A stretch of 64,000 nt of DNA from Monocercomonoides exilis PA203 (taxonomy: Eukaryota; Protista; Preaxostyla): contig LSRY02000032.1 of assembly GCA_001643675.2 (NCBI GenBank), forward strand, positions 620,001 to 684,000, read 5' to 3'. Below are positions 1 to 13,137 of this stretch, piece after piece (positions within the stretch are counted from its first letter, which is position 1; each line of letters begins with the position of its first letter). The translations under genes were made by a program, and so were the position numbers. The notes beneath the pieces are model-generated. The model was not told the DNA's origin and searched no databases. It was given only the letters and a program-made list of their open reading frames with translations.

Positions 1-6
1 TCCTCC

Positions 7-41
<35 letters not shown>

Positions 42-1974
42 TTCTTCCTCTTCTTCCTCTTCTTCCTCTTCCCCATCTTCTTCCTCATCTTCTACCTCAT
101 CATCTCACAATGCAGATGATGACCTCAACGAATCAGACGAAGAATGGAAGTCCAAATGTGCCCAGCCTCCCTCTGATGAGCTCTGCCCCACTGTTGCCTC
201 GTCCTCATTCTCTTCCTCTGCGTCTGACCTGTCGAACTGCTACACACACACAGCTATGCACATTGCTTGCAATGACATCCACTTCATTCAGTATGCAGAA
301 TGCGTGGCGGCGCTGCTGGTGCGCTCGTCAGCAGCATGGAAGAAGCTGAAGAAAAAGAGCAGAAGAAATGGAACAGACAAGGAAGAAGCGAGGCATGGCA
401 GAGATGATAAAGGTGGTGATAATGATGATGATAATGACAATGCTGCTGCCAAGATGAGGCAGGTGTACAGCAGACATCTGCTGTTAACTTTTCCAATGGA
501 TGATTCAAATAGCACAAATGTGAGATCATTAAATGACACACTGCACAATCTTCAACAGTTGAGCTGCTTGCCAGACGCATATTTCCCTTCAAAGAGAACT
601 GGTTTGATGGCTTCTGATGCAAGCGAGACTGCTTCGAAGTCTGCATCTTCTTCTGCCTCAGCCTCAGCCTCAGCCTCAGCGTCTTCTTCTTCTTCTTCTT
701 CTTCATCATCATCTTCTTCTGCTTCATCTGCTTCATCCTCTTCTTCGTCTTCATCCTCATGTCGTGCTGCACCAATGCCCAGTTACTCAATCAGCAAGCC
801 AGCAGAAGTCATTGCCAAATCTGTTAACACAACAAAATGGCATGCGATTAACACAACAACAGTCGAAACGTCACCTTTGCCCATGTCCTATCGCATAGCC
901 CTGGCTGAGGTGTGCTATCAATTCGGCATCTGTTGCTCTGCTCCTGTGCTTCCCTTTGAGACACCAGAAACAGCAAGGAAAATGAAGATGTCAGCTGCTC
1001 CTCTGCCGGAAAAGCAGATGGAAGAAGAAGAAGAAGAAGAAGACGATGATTCTCATGTTTCCTCGTCTGCTGTATCGTCTTTGCATAATTCTGGAAAACG
1101 CAAAAATAAAAATAAAACGAAAAATACAAAGAACTCATCATCTTCTTCTACATCCTCATCCTCATCCTCCTTCTTTTCTCTCAACCGCCTGTCTCAAACT
1201 TCTGTCCCCTCGTGCCGCACCCCAGCGCTGACTAACCTGGCAGATCCTGTTGTTCCTGCAGGCAGTCCGCACATTCCGCGCCTTCTGCTGTCTTCGATGT
1301 GGCATCCAGAGCTCTTTCCGTCTGACGTGCCGTTCAGCCAGCTGATGTTTGACCCGAAAAAGGCAGTTGTTCTGTCGGTTTTGAAGATGGTTTATTCAAC
1401 AAGTGAAAAGGCGGGGAAAGAAAAGAGTGAAAAACAGAGGGGGAATGAAGGAGAAAATAAAAATGAGAGGAAAAAGAAGCAAAAGAAAGCCAAATCAGAT
1501 GGCGAGAGGAATTCAAAAGAATTTGACGAGAAGAGAAAGAATGATGACGATACATCTGTTGATTCTGAAAGAGAACAGGGCAATTTCATCACCAACCAGC
1601 AAGTGTGTGAGTTTCTGCTTCCATTCTGCAGAATGTTCAAGATGAGGCGCATCAGAACAAGAAAAGAATTGGCTGAGCTGCAGACCATCCGAGAAATGGA
1701 GCAGAAGAGAAATGGAGTGTTTGAGCAGATTCATTCTTCATCATCTTCAATGTTAACATCATCATCTTCTTCTTCAATGTCATCTTCATCTTCATCATCA
1801 TCTTCATCGTCTTCTTCTTTTTCTCCCTCTTCTGATATTCTGACCGAAGATATTCCATTGTCTTCTCGTTTCTTGATCTGCTTTGCCACACGAAGACATG
1901 CCCTCCTCTTCAACACATGCCACGATGCTACACAGACCCATGTTGCACTCATTTTCCCACAGTGCCACGAATAA
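1..1974 (+). CDS. 3' part of a Ser-rich low-complexity protein of unknown function (5'-truncated by window edge)
   Basis: Frame 1 is open from base 1 (tcc/tct Ser run) to TAA at 1972-1974. Poly-Ser/Glu tracts are interleaved with globular-looking blocks; no family confidently recognised. Confidence 0.75.
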
Positions 1975-3108
1975 GGGAATTGTCATTGTTAAAAATTTCG
2001 CTTTTTTTTAAGTGGAGATATTGTATTTAATCGACTTAATTCTTGAGGAAGTTGATTTGAACAATGATGATTATGTTTTTTTTAACCTCTCTCAATTTTT
2101 TTGGTTTATTCATATTTAAGTTTATGATTGCTTGCTTCTTTTTTTGTCCTTTTGCATCGTAGATCTTCATATGTTTATGTTGTTATGAAGTTATATACCT
2201 TCTGTTGACATATATCACTTGTTTTGCAACTCTTGCCAAGTTTTATGTTTTTTTTCCCTCTTTTTTTTCAAGCTCATGAAAATAATATGCTCTTGCGATA
2301 TCATTAAACTACAATTTATTTACTCGTTTCTTTTTCTGAAAAGGTTGATTGCTTCAAAATGAAGATATAATTACCTTTCTAATAAAATACAGAATTGATA
2401 TTCAAAAGAATTGATAAGGGAGATAGAGCGATGAGAATAACTATCTCATGAAAATTGTTCTGGAAAACAATCAGATAATTTTCGCTCAATTGTTCTTTTA
2501 CACCTTTTCATGTTTCTTTCTTAATAAATTGGCATAATGATACTTAATGGTATTCACTGAAATCGAAAAAAAACAACATGGTATGTTGACAAATATTATA
2601 TCATTGTTTTTTATGCTAATGATTTTGTGCGGAAATGTTTTCTCATGAAATCGAATTAATTAGAAAATTCTTTATTTCAAATTATTAATGGGATATGATC
2701 AAATAATAATTGTTGGTGAAAAATACATAAAACCGAGATCCGGTTGTGCAAAAAATGAAAAAAATTTTTTTAATGATTGAGATGTTTATTAAGGAGATGT
2801 AGATGGTGAAAATAGCTTCGGAATGCATTCTTTAGTTGAAATTCGAATTATGAAAAAATAGAAATGATTAATTTTTTATTTTTTGTCAAATACACATTTC
2901 CGCAAACTTTTAACATGCAGCACATGCTTGAAACAACATATATAATCAGAATATAGTGTTATTAGTGAAATTTGCAAAATACTATATTGTACTATTATGC
3001 CACAAACGCCAACATTTGTATTCATTTTTTAATTGATTCAATTATGAATTATAATTTTTAAATTTCATTAGATCACGTACCTTCATTTATTTTTGAAAAT
3101 CATTAATC

Positions 3109-3742
3109 ATGGCATTTTTATTTACTGACACTTCAATTAACACAGAATACTATGATCGAAAAAGCAAATACACTTTTGAAGAGCAAAAAGCTTTGCTTGA
3201 AAAAAGTTCAACTGTGTACGTTGGAAATCTTTCATTTTACACATCTGAAGCTCAAATCATGGAACTTTTCTCAAAAGCAGGCGAAGTTAAGCGCATAATT
3301 ATGGGGTTGGACAGTATTAAAAAAACTCCTTGTGGATTTTGTTTTGTTGAGTATGATTGTATATTTCACCTTTTTTGAAATTATGAAAAATTTCTTTTGT
3401 TAAAGATATTACGAGCGTCAGTCAGCAATTAATGCTGTTCGATACATATCAGGGACATGTTTAGATAAACGACCTATTCGTGTGGATTTGGATGTTGGTT
3501 TTACAAAAGACAGGCAATATGGAAGAGGTAAAAGTGGAAGACAGGTTCGAGACGATCAAAGAAATGATTTTGATCCAGAAAGAGGAGGCGAAGGAAGATC
3601 CATGGCTATGAATTATAGATCCTCCTCTTCACAATATCCTCGACATTCTTGGAATGATAGAAAAAGAAGATATAATGACTATGATGGATCAAATTCCAGA
3701 GGAAGATATAATAGACATTATAGAGAAGATTCTGACAGGTGA
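3109..3742 (+). CDS. NCBP2: Nuclear cap-binding protein subunit 2 (CBP20), 2 exons
   Basis: Exons 3109-3350 and 3406-3742 (GT-AG intron 3351-3405). Spliced protein has [47 protein letters not shown] and [22 protein letters not shown], which are CBP20 signatures. Confidence 0.97.
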
Positions 3743-4181
3743 TAGAATGTTAATATCTTGTTGTTATTTTAAATTCCATTGAATATTGTTAAAATTACAT
3801 ATCGATGGAAAATATTTTTAAAATTATTTATTCTTTTTAAAGAAAGAAAAGAAATTATCGTATTTTAAGTTTAAAAGTAATTTTCAATTTTTTCCGTCGA
3901 TTAAACATAGAAAAAGAATCATTTTTTAAATAAAATTGCATGTATATTATTTTTTAAAAGAACATCGAATGTTTCAAAATGTTAATTCATTAATAATTCC
4001 AGTTCAATTTTGAAAAAAAAATATATAACATATAATTTTGTCATTTATGAAAAAACACATGAAATTTGAAACTTTAAAAAAGTGGTCATTTGAGAGATTA
4101 ATTGATTATTCAAAACTCAAATATTTTATAATGGCATAATTATTTTGTTTTCTTTTTCAACGTAGAAAATAAAGGAAAAGG

Positions 4182-7100
4182 ATGGATAAAAATAAGCAGT
4201 ATAAATAAGTTTTTAATGATTAGTTGATTTGAAAATTTCTTTTACAGAAGCAATTTGTTTTCAGAAAATGAAACAAATAGTGAATTTCCTTTTGTTGAAA
4301 GCGAAGATAATGAAGATCATTCAAAAAATGTTAAAATTCCAATTTCAAATTCTTCATTTACGCAATGCCAAAAGACTAATATCACTCAAGATGCGACAAA
4401 CGCTCAAAATGAAATTGATTTTTTAATTTCTTCAACAGAGCACCCTCCAGCTCTTCCGTTAGTTGTTTCTAAATCTTCTAAACAAGAGGAAACAAATGCA
4501 ATTGATGAAATTTCTTTACCATGCGATCAGAATTCTCAGTTATTATCCAAAAACTGTGATAAGTTCATTCAACCACTTTTCCCACTTTCGAAAGAGAATA
4601 ATTTTGAAGATCATACAAACCAACAGAGAAACATTCAAACGTCTGAGCTATCTAAAGAAAGAAAGAGAGAATCTGAACATTCTGAAATTGAAGAACAACT
4701 TGATCCTTTTTTCAATGATTTTCGAGACAGAAAAGCTTCATTTCTTTCAGATGACGAAAATGGAAGAGATGACAAATTTCAAGAACTTTATTTAAGTCAA
4801 TCAGAAAGTTATGATACAATTGGATGCAAATCAGAAGTTAAGTCTCCTATATTAAATTCAAAAGAAAATCAAAAAGATGAAAAAGGGTTGTTGAAGGAAG
4901 CAACAGAAGAACGTAATCGTTTATTGTTGGAATTAGTTCAACAAAAAAACATTATTCAACGATTGAACGCGATTGTCGAACAAAAGGTGTGAATTCTTTC
5001 TCCAATGAATCAATTGCGTTGCGTGATTTATATGAGAAGCTGGAATTAATTACTAAAATAATCATTCTAATTTTGGAATGTTCGTGAGAGTAAAAATATT
5101 AAATTCTTATTATACATGATTTTTTCCTAACACAATCTTTTTGATTTCACATTTTTTTTTTCACATTTTTTATCAGGAAAAAGAGATTGTAACTGTGAAA
5201 AGCGAAATGGCTGTTTTGAAAGAGAAAACAGCAGATGCAGAAAGGAAAGGTGCTGAGACGGATATTAAACAGATGAAAGAATTGCGGATTTTTGAAGAAG
5301 AAAAAGAAAGAGACACAAAATTAGAATTAAATAAAAGAAGAGAAGAAGATGTGAGAAATAGAACGGAAGAAGAGGCTGCAAGAGAAGATGTGATTGACAG
5401 ACAAGAGTCAAAAAGAAAAGAAGAAAATAGAGAAAGCGATGAGAAGATAATTGATGAACGATCTGTTGAAGACAATTTGATTGAAGTTAGAAATAAAGAA
5501 ATTGTTGGTGACAACAACAAAAAGGATGATGAAGAGACAAAGTTGAGCGTTGAGAATAGTGAAGAAGATGTTTCAAAAGAAAAAGAAAAAGGAGAAAAAT
5601 TTGTTGCGTTGTCCGTTGGACAATCAGAAGAATGTTCTGCTCAGAATGAAAAAATGCAGGCACAGACAGAATGTGTCAATGAGAAGCAAATCGAAGTGTC
5701 TTCGACAACTCAGGAAAAGGAAGAGAGCTTGTTAATCAATCAAACTGCAAGCAATTCAGATGGCGTCCAGTCTGAAACGCAAAGTGGAAAAATTGAAAAT
5801 GCTATCATTCAAAACGAAGTGATTAAAAGAACAGAAGAAAGAAAAGATTCTGTTTATAACGATGATGATAGTTCAGAAAAAGCACATACAGTTAGTTCAC
5901 CAAACGGAAAAGGCAAATGCCGAAGCGAAAATCCAAAAAATTCCATTCTTTTTAAACAGAATAAACCGAACAAGAACTTAGAAGCAGACATTGAAAGCAA
6001 TGCCCAGTCGAGTTCTGGTGATGCATTCAGCCAAATGTGGAAGCAGCTGATTCACATTCGCACATCACCAAAGAAGACAGATACAACAATAAAAGGTTCT
6101 GAAACTTCAGATTGCTCATCGAGTTCTGGCTCTGGAGATGATATCGGATTAGATTTGAGCCATGAAATAAGGAAAACAGAGAAAAATGCATGTGATAAAA
6201 GAGAGACGAAAGGTGACTCTCCAATAAAAGCAAGTGCATTCTCTGCAAAAAGAACAGAAATAAAGTTGGAAATAGAAATTCCAAATAAAATAGAAGATGA
6301 TCAAGAAGCAGAAAAATACGAAAAAGATTCTCCAAGAAATGTGAGCAAAGCAGATAAAAATGTTGCAAATACCAATTTTGTCCAGCAACCAACAAGCGTC
6401 TCAAACAAGATGATTGACAGCCAAGAAACGTTTGACGAAAAGTTGCGAAAGCTGCTTTTTAAAACATTTCTGGAAGAGGAGCATCTGAGAAATGAATCTG
6501 CTTTTAACAGTTATAACATCCGCTCTCCTTCTCCCACTAAGCTATTTGATATGAAGGAAATACAGCAAATAACACTGGAGCATTCATCCAATGAGATACA
6601 AGATTCTTCTTCTCCTTCCTTTTCACTTTCATCTAAAGATGAGCCAATTCAACCTTCTTCTTCCGATAAGTCTGTCGAATCTGTTGAAGAAACATTACAA
6701 CCTCTTGAAAAGAGCCAGAAGAGAAATTCAAAGAAGCAAAAAGAAAATTTACAAAAAACCAACTCAAGACCTCTTTCTACCAGAAGAATTATGGTGAAAT
6801 CGAATGAAAAGTTTAGTAAATCCACTATTCAAAGTCAAAAAAACGGGAAAACTCTTGACTTGTCCAAAAGTTTAAAGCATCCATCGTCATCAACATCATC
6901 ATCATCTTCTTCTGCTGCTGCTTCTGCTTCTTCTTCAACAACAACAACAGCAGCAGCAGCAGCAACAACAACTTCTTCTTCTTCTAAAACTTCTTCTTCG
7001 ACTTCTTCTTTGAACGAAACATCCAAAAAAGGAACAATTTCCAACGTTAAAAATGAATTTAATAAAACAACATCAACAGAGAAAAAAGCTTTTGAGAAGA

Positions 7101-7969
7101 AGATTTCTTCGGTTAAGCAAAAAGCAGAACTTTCATCAACATCTTCAACAAAACAATTAAAACCTAATAAATTATTATCAAGTAAGGAAGCTCCAGCAAA
7201 GACTTGCATTGATCATTCTGAAAGTGCAAAGACTGTGCAAGATTCCTCTGATCACAAGAAAGAAAGTTGCCTTTTGTTGGATGAAAAGCCATCTGAGCCT
7301 ATTCAAGATTATCCAATTGCTGATTCTTCTGAGTTTATAAGTCACAAGCCATCTCAGCATATTACATTGAAATCATCACCAGACAAGTTAACATCAGCTA
7401 AAGATGAGTCCAGTTTGGGATTGCAGTCAACTCAAACCAGCGCCCTTCCTGTTTTTTCTGTGAGAGCGCTTCTCAACTCGAAGAATCCGAAGCTCTTAGA
7501 AAGTGTCATTTCATCGCCTGTTTTGATTCAAAAGTTGGAGTCTTCTCTTCCTTCGGAGCAGCTGAAAAACCCACAACCGAGTCTTCGTCTGCATTCTCCT
7601 CCGTCACATTCAACAAATCCACATTTAACACTTACCAAATCGCAAGTTAACACAGTTTCCCGAACTCCTTTGCGATCACCTCGCAGGCAAGCTTCAAATG
7701 CCCCTGCTCCGCATTACCTTACTCCAACAGCATCCTCAACCAGATCAACAGTATTTGCTTCTGCCATATCTTTATCAACAGCTGCTGGACCACTTACAGC
7801 AACATCGTCTACTCAACTGTCTCCGTCTCTTGTTCCGCGTTCTTCCAGCTTTCGCGCCTCTGCGCCTCCTCCTCTTCCTGTGGATCCAATTTCATCTTTC
7901 TCGCCATCTCAGCCTCATCTCCGAAGGATAATGAAAACTTCCTACTCTTCTAACTCGACTTTTCGATGA
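4182..7969 (+). CDS. Large charged/Ser-rich, probably disordered protein with a short coiled coil, 3 exons
   Basis: ATG at 4182; GT-AG introns 4199-4247 and 4987-5176 join ORFs 4255-4992 and 5141-7969 in frame. No recognisable domain. Confidence 0.75.
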
Positions 7970-8829
7970 TCTTTTAATTAGACGGTAAGCGTGTGAAAAA
8001 AGTTAAAGACTGGTGGCTTTCGGAAATTATGTTCAGGAATTGAATTCTACAGAAAATGTATTTGTATCCGAATTCAAAGAAGTTTCAAAATGATAATAAA
8101 TGCATTCATACTGCTATTTTCACGGAAAATCATTTACTACAGTGAATTATCGGCAGACGCATTCTAGTAAAAGAAATAGAAATGCAATTTCTGTTTCTTT
8201 GAATTGCTAAGACATCTGACTTCAAAATATAAAAAAGACATTGCAACCTGAACGTGGTGTAATTTATTCTTCTTCGCTATAATAGTTTGCGTATTAATTA
8301 TTAATTAATTATTTTGTAGCAGATGAAGAGTTTCCAATCGAATATTTTCTTTCAATAGAGATGTAATTGTATGCGATATTTCTTCAATTTGCGCGTGAAG
8401 GTTAAATATGTCTGCTTTATAAAGACAACTTTGTTCAAGCTAAAATTTTTTTGGTAAAATAAAGTGCTGATTTCATATTTAAAATAGTGAGAAATAGTTT
8501 TAATTTTGAAATTAGTTTTGTCTTTGAGCGTTATTTCTTTCATTTAACAGAGTGGGCCTCTTTATGTGCAATAATGTTAATTGACGCTTCTTGAGCGCCT
8601 GCAAATAACATCGTAGTATTTTTGTTAAAAATAATTATTTTATTTTTTATCTTTTCTCCATTTTTTTTTGAACCAATAAATAGAAATTGAAAAAGCTGCT
8701 TCAACATAGGAATTAACAGTATTTATCAACTTGTAGGATAAAAACCATCAACAAATGGAAGAAAAGAGAACTTTACTCCAAAAAATTATTAAAAGGAAAA
8801 AAAAAAAAAAGAAGGTTGAAGAACTTCAA

Positions 8830-10072
8830 CTAATTCATATAATGCTTCTCGTCCAAGTCAGAAAGATCATCTTCGTTGCAAAAGTCGTCATCGTCATTCA
8901 TACTGCTGCCAAAGCCTGCCATGCGAGCTTGGCGGTGGCGGCCCTTCAGCCCCATTCTCTCCATCGTTTCTAAGTCAATTGAGCCCCTTACCTCTTTCCT
9001 TTCCTTTTCGAACAGATCAAAGCGGTTCATCTTGCCTTCAAACTCTTCAAGAAGCGGCAGAAGTCGTGTGAGCGATATAATTGTCGCAGCCTCAGTAAAT
9101 TCTTTCAAAAAGGCATTTGAAAACGTTGAGGAAGCAGCTTGAGCTAATGTTGACGATTCATCCGCAACAGATGATGAAGAGGATGACGACGATTGCTTTG
9201 CCATAGCAGGTACTGGAAGATTCAAGGCATGTGGAGTGGATGAAACAACTGCATCTATTTGTCGAAGGATTTGATATGTGCATTGCTGCGTCTCGATTGA
9301 AGGCTTTGTTGAAGAACTTGCTAAAGATAAGAGTAATTCAAAAAATATTTTATTGTTTTCCATGTAACAAAAAATTTCAACCAAACCTATTTTTTTGTGA
9401 GAATTTTTTGATGCCCCCAAAAGAAATTGTTTTATTGCTACAACTCTTTCTCTAAGGAGAGATAAAACATTTTGAAGAGATGATAAATGATGAGTAAATA
9501 ATGATTCTGCGCTTTGATCAGATCCTGGGAGAATTTTATCCATAGTATCAACAGCAACACGTTCTGGCTCGAGCGCTTCTGATTTATAAGTAATTCTATG
9601 AAAATTATCATCCTACGCAAAAAATAATTTCAAAAATAAAATGAATTTTTTTATTATTCCAAGAATCTTTGCAAACCGTAAACTCGTACAATGAAAATTG
9701 CTTTTCTTCTTCAACTTGCTGAGGATCAAATGTTAGGCAAAGCAATTGACATTCGGTCACTGCAACAAACTTGTGTTGAAGATCAATCATGGGCTTTGAT
9801 GGAGTACCTCCGATAAGATACCATCCAAGAAGAGCATACGTTGGATAGCATGTTTGTATTTGCTCTGCTCTGTCATGAAGGAATTGTGAATTTACTTCAT
9901 TCTTTTCTACAACTGCTTCAAAACTTGTAAAAATTTCAACGCGTTGTCCAATTTGTGTTCCCAACAAACAACCAGCAATGATCTGGCTTGAAGGATCTTT
10001 CTGGTTAAGATTTACTCTTGTAAAATGATCAGAAACATTCAAAAAAACAAGCGGATGAATCACAACGTCCAT
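8830..10072 (-). CDS. COPS6: COP9 signalosome subunit 6 (non-catalytic MPN domain)
   Basis: MDVVIHPLVFLNVSDHFTR..GCLLGTQIGQRVEIFTSFE..LLGWY. Intron 9676-9613 joins to SEALEPERVAVD..HLSSLQNVLSLLRERV. A probable second, in-frame 66-nt intron lies near 9390-9325. Confidence 0.88.
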
Positions 10073-10706
10073 CTTCGATTTAAACAAAGATATAATGGGT
10101 TCAAAGAGTTTAGAGAGTTGTTTTTTCTAATATTTATTCTTTGTTGATTAATTTTGTTGGATATAAGCAAAGTTATTTTCACATCACGTTTATGTCAACT
10201 TCTATTGTTTTTATATTCAGATTCTTGGCTTTGTGAAAAGAAAAAAGTGAATTGAAACTTGTGGTGAAAAAAAAAATTTAAAAAAATTAATCAAATATGA
10301 AGAAATTGATCTTGTTTCTATATTTTTTTGAATAAGACAATTTGATTGACAACCTTTGAAAAATTGAACAATGTCAATTTTTTTCTCCTCTTTTACAGGA
10401 ATAAAAAAATCAACAAATAGACCATGAAGAAATTGTTGTTTCAGATTGAATTTTTTTTTTTTAAGAAAATATTGAAAAATTTTTTTATTTTTCTTGACAA
10501 TTAAAATGCTTGAAGCATTGCAAATTGAAAAAAAAAAATAAACACAATTGAATTACGTAAATTATTTTGATAACAACAAACATAAATAAATGAAATTTTT
10601 CAAAAATGAAAGAGCAAGAATTGGAATCATTTAAAATCCAAACTTACTAGATATAAAAACAGTATTGAAATGGTGGATATGAAATGTTATTTTAATTTTT
10701 CTTTAT

Positions 10707-11444
10707 TCAACAATCGTAACTTGCTGAACAAAACCAAAATTGATCACCTTCAACGTCAAGTGTCCGATTAAAACAAGACGATGAATAACATGAAGAACGG
10801 ATCAATGCAGAAACAGGAAAAACAAGTTCGGAAGTATCATTTCCCTGGTTGAAAATAATTAATTTGAATTTTAAATTCCCAGAAAAAGTGCATACCGCAG
10901 TGAAAACCGTTAAATCTGGAAATGCTCTTGATATTTCGTCGATGGCACTTTCGCTGAATGCATATTTTGATTTATCTCCAACTTATCAAAACAAAAATTT
11001 AATGACTAAAATTATGCTTTGATGCATACAATGAGCAAGAATCAAGCAATATCTCAAAGTCATATGCAAAGAAGGCAAATGTTCGAGAGATTCAATTAAC
11101 ATTTCGTAACTTCTTTTATTTGTTACATCAAGAAAGAAAATGATAAAATCACAATCAATTACAAGTGATTTTGCTAATGTTTCCGATGATAGACTTCAAA
11201 ATTATAATAAATTAAAAAACAAATAAAAGATTATCGAATAAATGCAAAATAATCATCCAAACACAATTGAGTAATGCTCAGGAAATTGCTGAATAAGTGC
11301 TTGTGCAAGCAGCTTTTTTCCACAACCTGGAGATCCTATTAACTAAATTTATTTTATAAATCAATATATTCTGAAAGTGCCTTCCTTATAAAATTGTAAT
11401 AAAAGAAATACAATCAGTCGTTGTGGCCGGAGCAAACGTGACAT
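10707..11444 (-). CDS. CENPM: CENP-M-like small GTPase-fold protein (166 aa, 5 exons; not in ORF track)
   Basis: Exons 11444-11412, 11342-11263, 11193-11030, 10981-10896 and 10844-10707 are all GT-AG and total 501 nt in frame. Product: MSRLLRPQRLILIGSPGCGKKLLAQALIQQF..LAKSLVIDCDFIIFFLDVTNKRSYEMLIESLEHL..YCLILAHFGDKSKY..FPVSALIRSS..DC*. It is colinear with remembered human CENP-M blocks (MSVLRP, LAKSL, IDLIVFVVNLHSKYS, ESLRHV, VSAL..LLRSS). Confidence 0.75.
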
Positions 11445-11505
11445 AATTCAAATAATTTGATATGGGAATAATCAGTTCATTTTTATTTTGAATCTTTCAA
11501 TTCAC

Positions 11506-12868
11506 ATGGCTTCATTGACCGAAAGATGGATGACAGGAGATGACGTAAAGCCAACTCCTTTAGAAAAACATGATAGGGAAATATTATGTTTGGACGTTAA
11601 CGGAAATGAGCTTGTAACTGGAAGTTGTGATCATGCACTTCACCTTTATGATATCAAAGCTCAACGTCTAAAAAGGAGATTATACACAAAGCAATATGGG
11701 CATCATGAATGGTTAATATTTTGAAAAATTTTTGTCATTAACTTTTTGAGATATTCAGGGTTTCTTGTTGTTCATATTCTTGCGACGGGAGAGTTGTTTC
11801 AGGTGGAATGGATTCAGTAATTTGCGTTTGGGACAAGTCATCTCCTAGATGCGCTTATTTGACTGAACACGAGTATGAATAAATATTTCTTTTCTTTATT
11901 TTACTTCAAAGAATTAATATAGAGCATCTATTTCTGCAATTGCAACAGATAAAAGCTCTCCTGGAGCTATATCTGCATCATATGATAAGACACTTAAGGT
12001 TTGTTTCAGATTCAATTCCTTTCATTTTTTTTTTCAAAAACAATCTACAATTATATTTTTGGTGATTTCATCAAGATTTGGGATTTAAATACTTGTTCAT
12101 GTATAAGAACATTAACTGGTCACACTGGCCCAGTTAATGATGTTATATGGAGAAGATCTTTATGCTTAAGCACTGGACGTGATGGTCTTCTTATTGCATG
12201 GGTATTTTGCTATATATTTTTTTGATGTATCTTTTTCATTTTTTCTTTCATTTTTAATTAATTAACTTCAATTAAATTTATCGGTTTATTTTGTTGCAAT
12301 ATAGGATGTTAATACTGGAGACCGAGCTGTGACAGTGCGGCATACATCTCATATGTCTGCAATGCATCTTTTTGATGATGATTTAGGATGTGTGGCAATT
12401 GGTACACAAGACGGAACTGTAATGATATATGACTTGAGAGATTTCCGTCGTCCGATTATGTCTGGCATCCTTCATCCACACAGCGTTGCAGCAGCATTGA
12501 CTGCAATTGAAAATAGAACATCTTCTTACTTGGTTAGTGCAGGATCTGATAAAAAAGTGTTAATTCTCGATTCCAAAATGGGCTGGAAGAGGAGAGCAGA
12601 ATTAACAGGACATGCAGCACCTGTTCAATGCTTATGCCCTGTAGTCATTCCTTCGTTGCATCATTCTACTGAACTTATCTGCAGTGGAGGAGCAAATGGA
12701 TGGGTTGTCGTTCACGACGCGGGCTCTGCAGACGGAGAAACAAATGCTTTGTATGCAACAGGAGCTTGCAGAGGTGGAGTTAGATGTTTAAAAACGACTG
12801 ATGATAAATCAGTGTTGTGTGTTGCTGGAGATGATCAGGAGCCAGTTGTCATGGATTTTGGAAGATGA
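11506..12868 (+). CDS. WD40-repeat protein, 5 exons
   Basis: ATG at 11506; four GT-AG introns (first 11712-11758) link WD repeats LVTGSCDHALHLYD, VVSGGMDSVICVWD, ISASYDKTLKIWD, LTGHTGPV and LVSAGSDKKVLILD. Confidence 0.9.
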
Positions 12869-13137
12869 AAATTATATTCAAAAAGGAAGTTGCCCACATC
12901 TTCAAGAGAAATAATTGGATTTATTTATAGATTTTATTTTATAAAAACAACATTGAATGAAATTTTTGTTAAAAATTTTTGATCTTAATATTGGGTTTAT
13001 GGTTATTCATAAACTGTCTGTTAAATTTCTTGGTTTTGCAGCACTTCACTTGCTATGTACGTTTATCCTTGCAAATAATTTATTATTTATTAATTTCATA
13101 CAATGTTTTTTATAGATTATTTCTTTTTCTAAGAGAA

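Noticed and set aside
256-1974. PARN/CAF1-type nuclease identity for the first gene (HIACND resembling HxAxxD, plus an RRM-like tail)
   Set aside because: The similarity is too short and the N-terminal part lies outside the window; left as unknown.
8000-8700. Possible small spliced gene between the convergent genes ending at 7969 and 8830
   Set aside because: Some AG/GT-bounded segments exist, but I could not build a consistent ATG-to-stop model.
12979-13137. Hydrophobic 53-aa N-terminal extension of the giant ORF, resembling a signal or transmembrane segment
   Set aside because: It begins at TTG in T-rich intergenic sequence; the first ATG is at 13138.
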